A model generated the notes under the pieces. The model saw nothing but the letters and a program-made list of their open reading frames with translations. It was not told where the DNA came from and ran no database searches. Below, in pieces: positions 19,628 through 29,800 of a DNA stretch of 47,931 nt. The stretch comes from a virus (lineage: Duplodnaviria > Caudoviricetes), in the IMG/VR virus record IMGVR_UViG_3300034349_000050, positions 1 through 47,931 of that record. One strand, 5' to 3'. The translations under genes and the position numbers were made by a program. Numbering within the stretch: position 1 is the stretch's first letter; every line of letters begins with the position of its first letter.

Positions 19628-20794
19628 GTGGCCAGAGAAATAACATATGAAGTAGCTACTATTTTTGCCGAAGCGCGTAGTAGACTTATATTAGAAGGGC
19701 TAATAGAATCCGCCGTTATAACCGAGTATTCCATCGCATCTTTTTTGTATACAACACTAGACACTGGGGTAATTACAGGAGAAGTTCTTACTGAGTCAAT
19801 AAAGCACAATCTTTATGACGATGCATTTATAAGTGGATGGGCGGCTGGTGGAAATAGAGCAAAAAGAATAACAGAAGAAACGGGGAGGATATTTAGTGCA
19901 TCTATCGGGACTAGAGTTCTTTATGCCGCCACTACAGAAGAAGCCTTATTAAACAGCTTGGTACTAAGCGGTTTAGCCAAAAATATTCTGCTGGACAATG
20001 CGCAATGTAGTTCATCGTCTTTCACAAAGCGTTTAATTAAATGGAATATAACAGATGTTGCTTTACTTCACTCTGTTATTTCTTATAAGCCTAAAACAGT
20101 TATAACTGACACTGCTGTAGCCACCAGCGAAACTATTATTGTCGTAACTCAACGAGTTACGACGCTAGAGGGTGCTGCCGTTCACGGAGTTTCTACTTAT
20201 AAAATAGTTTGCAGATCGCCAATTTTAGACTCAGGAATTATAACTTCTCGCCTCGGCGCTAGAGGAATTATTGCCAAAGGTCGGATAATTGACATGGCGT
20301 ATATTACCAGTATACTTCCTATAATGGCCCCGATAGAGTTTGGTACTAGGGCGTGGGTTATCAACGTAAGAAACTGGTACATGGGTGAATATCGGGGGCT
20401 TCCGGTCAAAGAGATTGGTAGTAAGTATGGAACCAGTCCTAATGGACTATATGTAAGAACTCCTGGGTATCTCGCCGCGGAGTCCTATATCGAAACTGGT
20501 GATCTAAATCTAATCGCAGGTAGCGACTTCAATGTACATACGATATACATGATGCTACACGCCGAGCATTCAGAGCTTGACATACTTGTTACTGCCTCTC
20601 AGTATGGTAGAGAAGTAGTAATAGAGTACGACGTGCCAGTGCTTGTATCCACCAAAGAGCGCAATCGCATAGTACGCCTGAGCCGCAAGGTGGATGGTAA
20701 TGCGTGGAAATTTAGGATTGGTTCTTTAACGGGCCATTGGGGAATAACGAACATGAGCCTCGAAATCGGAAGAAATCGGGTACCGAAGAAGTAG
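19628..20794 (+). CDS. Virion structural protein (tail-associated)
   Basis: GGAGG SD and GTG start. Repetitive Thr/Ile-rich N-terminal half and a beta-sandwich-like C-terminus (YIETG.L...WKFRI). Confidence 0.6.
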   Translation: MAREITYEVATIFAEARSRLILEGLIESAVITEYSIASFLYTTLDTGVITGEVLTESIKHNLYDDAFISGWAAGGNRAKRITEETGRIFSASIGTRVLYAATTEEALLNSLVLSGLAKNILLDNAQCSSSSFTKRLIKWNITDVALLHSVISYKPKTVITDTAVATSETIIVVTQRVTTLEGAAVHGVSTYKIVCRSPILDSGIITSRLGARGIIAKGRIIDMAYITSILPIMAPIEFGTRAWVINVRNWYMGEYRGLPVKEIGSKYGTSPNGLYVRTPGYLAAESYIETGDLNLIAGSDFNVHTIYMMLHAEHSELDILVTASQYGREVVIEYDVPVLVSTKERNRIVRLSRKVDGNAWKFRIGSLTGHWGITNMSLEIGRNRVPKK

Positions 20795-20803
20795 GAGATA
20801 AAA

Positions 20804-21856
20804 ATGGCTAGATCAGATAACTATGATACTACAAATTATGGATGGGGCGGTGATAAAGGATACTTAGCACGCCCAAATGGAGGTGTAACTAGTAAACAAA
20901 GCGGTCCTGGTGCTCCGTACATGGGGAAAAACAATGTTTATGGAGACTCTGGTCCCGGATTGGCGCGATCCAAGAAATATCTACCCGGTGGATCAGGCCC
21001 AGGTGCTTCTCCTGCCCCTATGAGTAGTCGCCCGTATGGCAGTGTATCAACGACCCCAAGTTCTACGCCTCCTGGCGGCGCGGTATCTCCATACGCAGCG
21101 CCAAATCAAGGTCCTGATTTTGACCCGTATGGCAATAATCCGAAGCCAGCTGCACCAGCACCAGCACCAGCACAGCCTCCTGTCCACGCACCAATTCAGG
21201 CGAATGTATCAGCTTCAACTAGAGCAGCTATGGCGCAAGGTGCTGCGTATATAGCGAATAATGACAATACGGCCCCAGCAGCACCAGTACCAGTACCACC
21301 TCCAAATCCTACGCCCGCCGCGCAGGCAGCACCACAGGGACCGGCTAGACCAGATCAAGATTACTATAGTATCGAGAACCAGGCGGCGAGAATTGGGCAG
21401 GAAGGGTGGACTCCGCAACAAGAGCAAGCAGGAGCAGCAGCAGCCTCACGGCAAGGGAATCCGTACCAACCGCTGCAACAGGCGGCAGGACCCGCGCCAC
21501 AGGAGACGTACGGACAACCTCTTAGTGCTAATGACAGAAGCGAGCCGAGTGTTACTTATTCTGATGGACGCCTGTTGACTGGTGCTGATTGGCAAGGTGA
21601 CGCAGGTAGAGCTAGATGGCTTCAGGCTAATCCAGGTACAAGCGATCCAGCGCACGATAACCCGATTAAGTACGCCTATAATACAAATTCTGCAGGTAAT
21701 AATTGGGAACAGTCTGTAGCTGGAGCGCCCGCCAGACCCCAAGGTTATAAACCACTAGGTGCTCCTGCGACAGGGGTTCTGTCTGAGGAAGAGAAGAACA
21801 AGTATGCTAATGCATTGAATCCTTTGCCTATCCAACCAAGATTAGCAGGAAACTAA
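20804..21856 (+). CDS. Pro/Gly/Ala/Gln-rich, probably disordered protein, candidate internal virion/ejection protein
   Basis: AGGAG SD and low-complexity sequence. It lies upstream of the giant RNAP gene. Confidence 0.6.
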   Translation: MARSDNYDTTNYGWGGDKGYLARPNGGVTSKQSGPGAPYMGKNNVYGDSGPGLARSKKYLPGGSGPGASPAPMSSRPYGSVSTTPSSTPPGGAVSPYAAPNQGPDFDPYGNNPKPAAPAPAPAQPPVHAPIQANVSASTRAAMAQGAAYIANNDNTAPAAPVPVPPPNPTPAAQAAPQGPARPDQDYYSIENQAARIGQEGWTPQQEQAGAAAASRQGNPYQPLQQAAGPAPQETYGQPLSANDRSEPSVTYSDGRLLTGADWQGDAGRARWLQANPGTSDPAHDNPIKYAYNTNSAGNNWEQSVAGAPARPQGYKPLGAPATGVLSEEEKNKYANALNPLPIQPRLAGN

Positions 21857-21900
21857 GGACTTAGTACGGGCGATGTTTTCTAGTAAGACCGAAGTTTCTA

Positions 21901-21922
21901 ATTACAAACCCGTGGTATAATA
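21901..21922 (+). promoter_or_regulatory. Putative promoter ATTACAAA-N4-TGGTATAATA
   Basis: Extended -10 at 21913-21921. The same arrangement recurs at 36969-36990. Confidence 0.6.
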
Positions 21923-21944
21923 AAGGACCAACCTGGAGAAAAAT

Positions 21945-23696
21945 ATGAGTATACAAGTAACTAACACTGGCCCGATGGGGAATCCACGCAATTTGACAAC
22001 GCCTGTACAACAACCCTATGATCCTACGGTGAATCAAAACAGTTTAGTGCGCCAGCAAGTCACTAGCCAAGGACGTCAACAAAACGAAGATCTCGCCGCG
22101 CGACAAGCGGCTCAGAATAGGCAGCAGACAGATGTAAATGGATGGCAGCGGCCTTATACTACGCCGCGCCCACAGAACTGGAAAGCGTCCGATACATTAG
22201 CTCCTGGGACGAGAGTCACGGATCCTGCTCCTGTTTATGGCAATACTCCAAGGCAGTTCCCTAACATGTTCCAGCAGTCTGCGGACGATGCGCAAGCGCG
22301 CGTAGATGGTGGTCGCCCAACTGACTACTATAATCCGGAGAATCAGTGGGCTCGTCTCCAGGCGGATGCGCCATTTACTGAGTCTGTAGACTATCATAAC
22401 ATGATGAGTAGTGTCCCAGATCGCCCTTCAGAATGGCAGTATGAAACAGATAGTCGTCGCGCAGGTATGCAGGATGGTTCTGATGTTGTAAAACTCATTA
22501 GACAAGGTCGTGTTGACGACAGATATAACAACGCTTGGGATCGTCGTGAGACAGCCCTAGCTAACGTGGGTAACACAGTTTCTGGTTTCAGAGAGAAGCA
22601 GCAAGGTCGCTACTATGATCAGCAGAAAGCTATCGCTGACAGAATCGCCGAGCTACAGCAGTCGGGTATAAAAGCTTCTGGGTATGTGGCTAATACGACT
22701 GAGGCAAACAAAGGTACATTAGCTGTTGCTAACGCGCAGAATATCCCACAACTTGTTGCAGGAAGGCAAGAAGCATACTACACAGATCTTGCTTTACGGC
22801 AGAAGCGCGCCGAGAGTGTCCCAGGTATGCCGTTACCGGATATAACGCCATTTGATCCTAACTCGCCTTTCGATGTGAGGAAGGGAACATATTTCAAAGC
22901 ACCTGGAGTAGCGTCTGGCGCGGCTCCTATAGCCGGAGGACAACCAGGGGGACAGCCAGGGGGACAGCCAGGGGGACAGCCAGGGGGGCAACCTGGAGCA
23001 AGACAGAACACTCAGCAAAGGCTGAATGCGCAAATGAAGCAGCTTACTGCGCAGATGTCTGATCCCAACATCGACCCTATGGAACTAAACCGACTAAGTG
23101 CTGTTTTTAACAAGATTCGAGGAGATTCCGAACGTATAGTTAATGACGCTGCAGAAGGTGCTGCGATTGAAAAAGATCCCACGAAGCGAGCGAACGAGAT
23201 AGCGCTGATAAAGAACGGAATACGCAATCATCCAGAGATTGACGCCACTGACCCAGCTTCTTGGGGATCGCTCAGTTTCCAATTGTCCAACCGAGATGCC
23301 GTTCCAGCAACAACTTGGGGGACAGACGATGCCGTGGCTTCCTCTAAGTACTACCTCGCACCAGACTCGCAGCAGGCCGGCTTGGCGCAAAGAATGATGG
23401 GGAGTATGCCATGGGAGTGGTGGTCCGATACTCCCAAATTGTGGGATAATAAAAAACTGGTTTTCACAGAAGAAGGTCTCCCACGATACAAAGACTACGG
23501 CAGTCAGATGAGACTTGATTCGGCGGATCGTGCCAGCGGGCGAGACCTCTATACTCAAACCCTGCGGAGACTTCAAGAAGCAGAAAAAACGCAAGGTGGG
23601 AAACTTACTCCGCAGCAGCAGCTTCTAAAGGACGAACTTGATTCTAACTACGCGGGCAGTTACGGACGAAATATGTACGCGCCTTGGAACAGATAA
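21945..23696 (+). CDS. Gln-rich candidate internal virion/ejection protein (583 aa) with GGQP repeats
   Basis: GGAG SD and own promoter. It lies directly upstream of the giant protein. Confidence 0.6.
   Translation: MSIQVTNTGPMGNPRNLTTPVQQPYDPTVNQNSLVRQQVTSQGRQQNEDLAARQAAQNRQQTDVNGWQRPYTTPRPQNWKASDTLAPGTRVTDPAPVYGNTPRQFPNMFQQSADDAQARVDGGRPTDYYNPENQWARLQADAPFTESVDYHNMMSSVPDRPSEWQYETDSRRAGMQDGSDVVKLIRQGRVDDRYNNAWDRRETALANVGNTVSGFREKQQGRYYDQQKAIADRIAELQQSGIKASGYVANTTEANKGTLAVANAQNIPQLVAGRQEAYYTDLALRQKRAESVPGMPLPDITPFDPNSPFDVRKGTYFKAPGVASGAAPIAGGQPGGQPGGQPGGQPGGQPGARQNTQQRLNAQMKQLTAQMSDPNIDPMELNRLSAVFNKIRGDSERIVNDAAEGAAIEKDPTKRANEIALIKNGIRNHPEIDATDPASWGSLSFQLSNRDAVPATTWGTDDAVASSKYYLAPDSQQAGLAQRMMGSMPWEWWSDTPKLWDNKKLVFTEEGLPRYKDYGSQMRLDSADRASGRDLYTQTLRRLQEAEKTQGGKLTPQQQLLKDELDSNYAGSYGRNMYAPWNR
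22935..22997 (+). repeat. 12-bp tandem repeat x5 encoding (GGQP)5
   Basis: GGGGGACAGCCA units are directly visible. Confidence 0.9.
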
Positions 23697-23698
23697 GC

Positions 23699-23752
23699 TG
23701 CTATAATGGGGCTCAAAGCAGAACTCCGTTCGACGGTAATCGAACGGAGTTC
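23699..23752 (+). promoter_or_regulatory. Extended -10 (TGCTATAAT) followed by a perfect 13-bp stem-loop
   Basis: GAACTCCGTTCGA-CGGTAA-TCGAACGGAGTTC at 23721-23752. Confidence 0.7.
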
Positions 23753-23784
23753 CTAGACAGTAAACTAGTCAGGAGTTTAGAGCC

Positions 23785-23826
23785 ATGAAAAGAAGTATAG
23801 CACAACCGGCGCAGGTTATAGAATAA
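23785..23826 (+). CDS. 13-aa leader peptide MKRSIAQPAQVIE
   Basis: AGGAG SD at 23771-23775. Its TAA directly abuts, in frame, the ATG of the giant ORF. Confidence 0.45.
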   Translation: MKRSIAQPAQVIE

Positions 23827-26800
23827 ATGTCTAATCAAGTCCAGTACGAAAATCCGTTTAGCGACGACCAAGAACTTGCTGAAAGGTATGCTAAAGGTCG
23901 TGCTTCTACTGAAAAGGACAGCGCCTTTCTTGGCGCTCTCCGTGGTGGCGTATCGAGTCTAAAAGGCACGAGTGTATCCGCACTTTCAGCTGGAGCGCAC
24001 GCTATTGGACTCGATAGCGTAGGGTCAAAACTTGACAGGTCTGCTGCGAAAACGATGGCTCAAAGTCAAGGAGAGAGCTTTCTAACTCCCTCTTTGCAAG
24101 ACGTTAATAATGCGCAATCTCTTGGTAGGTGGGTAGCAGGGAATATCGCGAGTAACATCCCCCTGTTCGGATCATTAGCTTTAGGCGGCGCAGCTGGCGG
24201 TGTTCTTGGAGCGGCAACGCACGGAAAACGTGGACTAGCTAAGGCTATAGACAAAGCTAATACCAAAGAGCTAGAAAAAATACTTGAAAAAGACTATGGA
24301 GCGTCAGCTTCTACGGCGCGCGCAGCCGAAAACCTAATAAAACCTGCGGACGAAAAAGACTTTCTAAAAAACGCCGTTTCCGCCGGTCTTTCCCGTGTAA
24401 CTCTTCGGTCACGTATAGGCAGCGACATCGGTAGCATTTTACCTTATGCTGTCCAAACTAGTGGCGAAAACGAACAGGCGTATCAAAACGATCCGAATAG
24501 TACGGCGACTGAAAAAGAAAAAGCTCGTATGGCCCTAAAATTGGGGCTAGCAGAAAGTATTGTGGGCTCATATGTATCTCCTATGGCTGTACTACAACGC
24601 TTTACCAAGGCTGAAAAAGCGATCGACAAAGCTGCAAAATACTCTGGTCTTAGTAAGACAGAAAAAAGCAAGATGTTGGCCAAAGCTGCTGCGAAGGAGT
24701 GGCTACACGCCGGAGTCAATGAAAGCGCCACAGAGCTTTTTGAGGATAGTATTTCCCAATGGGGCGGAAGACAGCTCAATCCGGACTTAGATTATAACGT
24801 AGCTCAAGGAATAGAAAGCGGATTAGCTGGTGGCGTAGTCGGCGGCGCGATGGCCTCCCCTGCTGCGCTGTCGGCGATGCATCGCGCTCGAAAAACAGCT
24901 TTGGATGAAGAAGAACAAGCCTTCGAGAACTCCCCAGAAGGTACTCAGCAAAAGATCGACGCCCTGGACACAGAAGTCCCGGAAAGTGAGAAAGACTTCA
25001 CCTTCCACTTGGTGCGTTCGGACCTGCTTCAAACTAAAGCTGTCCGACTGCTCCACACGACGACTGCTAACCCAGCTGATATCATTCAAACCTTCAAGGA
25101 CTTGAAAGATGCCCAAGCAGTTGCGCCAACCAATATAAACGATAAGGACAAGTGGATTCACAATATAGCCAGACTGGAGAAGGCATCCCAGGACCTGCTT
25201 GCTGCTCACCCCGTTGAGCTGGCAAGTTTTGCGCATTACGCAGCTACGCCTACAACCCAACCTGGTAGTAAGCCACGCGGAACTCCCGAGGAAGAGCTTC
25301 ACATAAATGGTCAGGTTGACAAAGACCTTTTTGTTTCTCTGTTCTTAGCTCAAGGTAACCAGGAGCTTGTTGATTTAGCCCAAGGAAAGGACAACCTAGA
25401 TGTCAGTACCGCTCTCCAAGGAAATGATGAAGTAGAGATCGACACGGCTACTAGAGGGCTCGCATTGAAACTACATAGAATGTATGAAACGATGCTGCAC
25501 AACCCTGTGGACCAAGAACTGTCAACTAAGTTACTCACTGCTAGGAATGAGTTGTTCGAAAAAACAGGCGTAGTCGCGATCCCATTCTCACCAGTGGAAA
25601 AGAAGGAACAGATTGCTATTTTCACAGCTATAAAGGATACATCCAAAGATCCAAATATACGCGTAGATGCAATAGAGCGCATAGTTGCTCTTTCTCTTAA
25701 CGTCCCCGACCATATATCTGACTCGTTAAAACTTGAGGAAAGAACACGAGTGCTTCATCCTGACGTTCTACCAAACTCGTTCTTTGATACAAACCACACT
25801 GAGTCTGATTCTGCTCGCCATAATCGTATCGATAGCGCATATAACATGGCTGAAGCGGCACTTGAAAAGAATCCTGATAATCCATTACTTGCTGCGCAAG
25901 TTGAAAGACTGAACTCTACTCTCGCACAACTGGAAATTAGCGAAGGAAAAATACGGCCCTCTTCTTCTGAGGAAGTATTAAGAACTGAGAAAGTTGAGCT
26001 AGAAAGCAAGGGCAAAGAAAACTTGACACCTAGAGAACAGACGAGGCTTCTGCGCATCAACGGTGCGTTGATGCAGCGTGCGCGCCTAACAGCAAGAGGT
26101 AGTACCGTTTCTGATGAGGAAGCAGAGGAACAGCGTAAGAGCGAGACAGTTAAGAAGGTCGAGATACAGGCCAAACCACAAGGTTTACCTTCCAACCATG
26201 TTTTGAGTTCTTTTCCGGACAAAGCCGACGACAACGCAGAGTTTGGGTACGTTGGAGTTGACAGAAGTGGTTACGCCATTATAAAAGGCAAGTCTGGTCT
26301 GCGGCAATATAGTATTGTGCGCATTCCGCCGACTATAAACGAACTAATCGGTCAACCTGCCGATAGCGCAAATCCCGCCATTCCTCCAAAGCCGATATAC
26401 TTTGGCGGCACAGCTTTGGAATACGGCGAAGCAGCCGAGATGATCGTCAAGGCTCATACGGAAGGAAAGCCACTCGATTATAAGGCATTTTACCGTGAGG
26501 CTGAAAGGCAATATCATGAATCACGACCTTTGATCCCTCTAGATGGACACACTCCTACGCCTTTAATGGTGCGCAGTGATTATGAAGGAAATCTCATTCA
26601 TATACCTAGTGAGAGCGATAGAATTTCGAGAAGGGCGCCTTTTGTCGCTATCATACCTGCTGATCCTACAGGGAAAATTGTAATAAAGCACACACGTTCT
26701 GGTGTACTTGTTGAAATCCCTGTAAACCTAGAAGATCTTCTGATAATGAAGAAGAAAAAGGCTGATAATAGTTTCACAATGGCCAATGTTAGAGAAGAAC

Positions 26801-29800
26801 TTCCTAATGTTGCCAAGTACAACGATAAACCTATATCAGCAGAGAGTATAGGTGCGGCTCTTGCGGAAGCTAACAAAAATAGAACCGAAGCTATGGCCTT
26901 AGCTGAGGCTGCGGGTGAAGAGTTCGACCCTAACACTCCGGGGACGTTCGTAACTGCAGAAGAAATATTCACTCTCGCAAGACACTCGTTTGAATTCCGC
27001 GGCGAATGGCGTGAAGTTGGAACAGTCGTAGTAAAAAGCGGTGAAGGAGGGGCAGTATTCGCCGAGGAAGCGACAGTCGATAGTGATTATTATCGCGCTA
27101 ACCCTATTCTTGCCGAATACAACGCAATACCAGTTAAGATAACGTCCGAACCTGGGCCAGAACACATGCGCCTGGGTGTAGCAGAGGCGGTTAAGTATTT
27201 CTACAACCTATCAGAACGCAAAGTTCTGCTTGGGACCATGGACAACAAACTGTTCTTTGTTACTCCAGAGAAGAGGCAAGAATTTCTCGACGACTATAAA
27301 TTACGAGATACCCTTGAGGGCAATATTAACTTCCTTGAACGAATAGGCACCATCTTGAAGAAAGAGAGCGGCGATCGCAAGATGCACAAGGTAGATCACA
27401 TTAAGCATCTACTCAACCAAGATGATGGTAAAGGTGGCTTGAAGCATGAGAGCGATGGCACAGTAGGCATAATTGAGAATGCGGAGTTGACGCAGGGAGT
27501 TATGCGCAGATGGGTTACTGACACCAGTGCTCCAAACAGGCGCGGGTATTGGAAAGTAGATAAAGGAATTCTTCGTTCTCCTTTACAGTTCCGCGACTGG
27601 AAACGCGCGATAAATACTGAAACAGGAATGGTTGATCTTAAGGCCCTTGCGGCTTCTGAGACACTAACTGAAGAGCAACAGGCGCTTAATGCCGCGCTCC
27701 AGTTTGGTAAAAAACAAACAAAAACTACTGATAATGGAGATGCTGCTGAGATTGAGTGGTACCGTATGTTCCCTCCTGCATCTCAGCGTGGAGGTTCCGT
27801 AAACTACCAGCAGATAATGTTTAGTGATAATGATAGAGCCATCGCGTATGCGAAGCAAGATCGTGCGCGCTTAAGCGGGATATCGAACGCCATTGACGAA
27901 ATCTATGCTGATAACCCAGAAGTAATAAGAAAAATTGCACTTGGCATGTCTCCAGCTGATCTGATATCTCAAGAAGGACCGTTGAAACTGCTGACTCAAT
28001 TCAAGGCTGATACGTCTCGTGCATATGTATTCGCATCTGAAGAACTGCTTGATGCTCTCATACCACTGGACAAGAAAGCACTCACCAAGATAAAGGGTGA
28101 ATTTGCAATTAGATATCAGCGTAAGTATGAAGGTAGTCGATCAGAGTGTCTACTTCTTCCTGAAACATACAACGAAATGAATAAGATATGGCGCAAGAGA
28201 AACAATGATCGCAATCTGCAAGAAGGCGATATTGTTATTCTTCACCGTGATCCCGCTCTTCCTGACGCTTCCTCCATGGCACCGTTTATATTTCGCGGTA
28301 TAGCTACGTTGCAGAATGACTTTGGTTCTCATAACCGCGGCATCGTTGTTCATTCTAACGCTACAGGATGGGCTGAAGCAGCAGGCGACTTCGATGGAGA
28401 CTCCGGTGTTCTCACGTATCCTGATCCAAACTTAATACCGGCCAAGCAGCGCCAAGATACTAACGCTCCTGGAATTAGTTTCATGAAATATGGCGCGGAT
28501 AAAGAAGAGCCATACACAAAGTTCATTCCAGTTGGGGCGATAATAGCTTTCACCAAGCCTGGTGATACTGCTGTCACGAGAATAGAAATAAATGCTGATA
28601 AGTCTAATCTGATAATACCTGATGGCGTGAAGATGACGAATGTAACCATACAAGCCCCTATAATGCAGAGATCAATAGAGGATGAAACGGGCGGTGTAGC
28701 TGAACCTGAGATAATGGGGCACGAAAAAGAAATAGACCTCGTTGGACATATAGCGACTATACGTGCGACGGGCTTCAGTCAGATGATTGGCAACATAATG
28801 AGCCTGGCTCAAAAAGCCGCCGAAATCGGTCTCTTAGATAAACTTGTGTACATTGAAAAAATGGACAGACACGGTAACCCTGTTGTCAATAAAGCAACAG
28901 GGCTTACAGAAGAGACGCACGTCACTTTTGCCATACTTGCCGCCAAACTCGGGCAGGCTTCTATAAGCGCGAAGAAGAAAGCGGCTTTTGCCGAACAAGC
29001 CATGAAAGCTTATAAGAAGCTCACGGAATTCATCGACGATAATTCTCCCGTTGAACGTGACCCTCAAACTGGCCAAGTGCTTATGCGTACTATAAAGCAC
29101 GGTCCAGACAAGGGCAAGCAAGTACCAATAAAAGGTTCTTACTTCATTAAACTTTTCCGCGATATTTCTGATGCACCAATACGTAGTTCTGAAAGCGCTA
29201 AATTGCTCAAAGCTCTCGCGGTAAAAAATGACGCACTTTTCTTTAAACAGAAAGGATATACGCCTCAAGTATTCGTAAAAGACGGCGCTTCGCCAAAAGG
29301 CTACTGGGGTAAACCAGTAACTAAGGATGAGTGTCTTGAAGTAGCTTTTATGGCGGCGCTCAGAGTGCTGCGAAACTACAGAAATGACAGATTCCGTACG
29401 CTTGAGGATATTCTCAGATCGACCGATAAATCTCCGGAGGTAACGAGTCTTCAGCTGCAGGCGAGAGCTTTAACAATCGAACTACGCAAAACAATTGATC
29501 CAGTCATAGCCAAAGAACTAAAAACACCTTTCGCTGTACTACAACATACCATCAAATACTACGGCGGCGGAATCGAGGCTATTATCGACCCAGCAGGCGC
29601 TATAGGTTCCACATGGTATGCTCTTAAGCCAGAGTTAAAGAATTCACCAAACTATTTTGATAATACTCCTTCAATGCACATAGAGCTTGCTTGGCGCACC
29701 ATAGTGCTCAAGAAAATATTCACGGCAATTGATTTGTTCAGTTCAGGCGGTTTTAACGAAGCACTAAGCGCCGCGGCAGTAAAGCTATCAGAAGAATCTG

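Noticed and set aside
23721-23752. Hairpin containing GTTCGA as a possible tRNA
   Set aside because: It is a single stem-loop with no cloverleaf, D-arm or acceptor stem.
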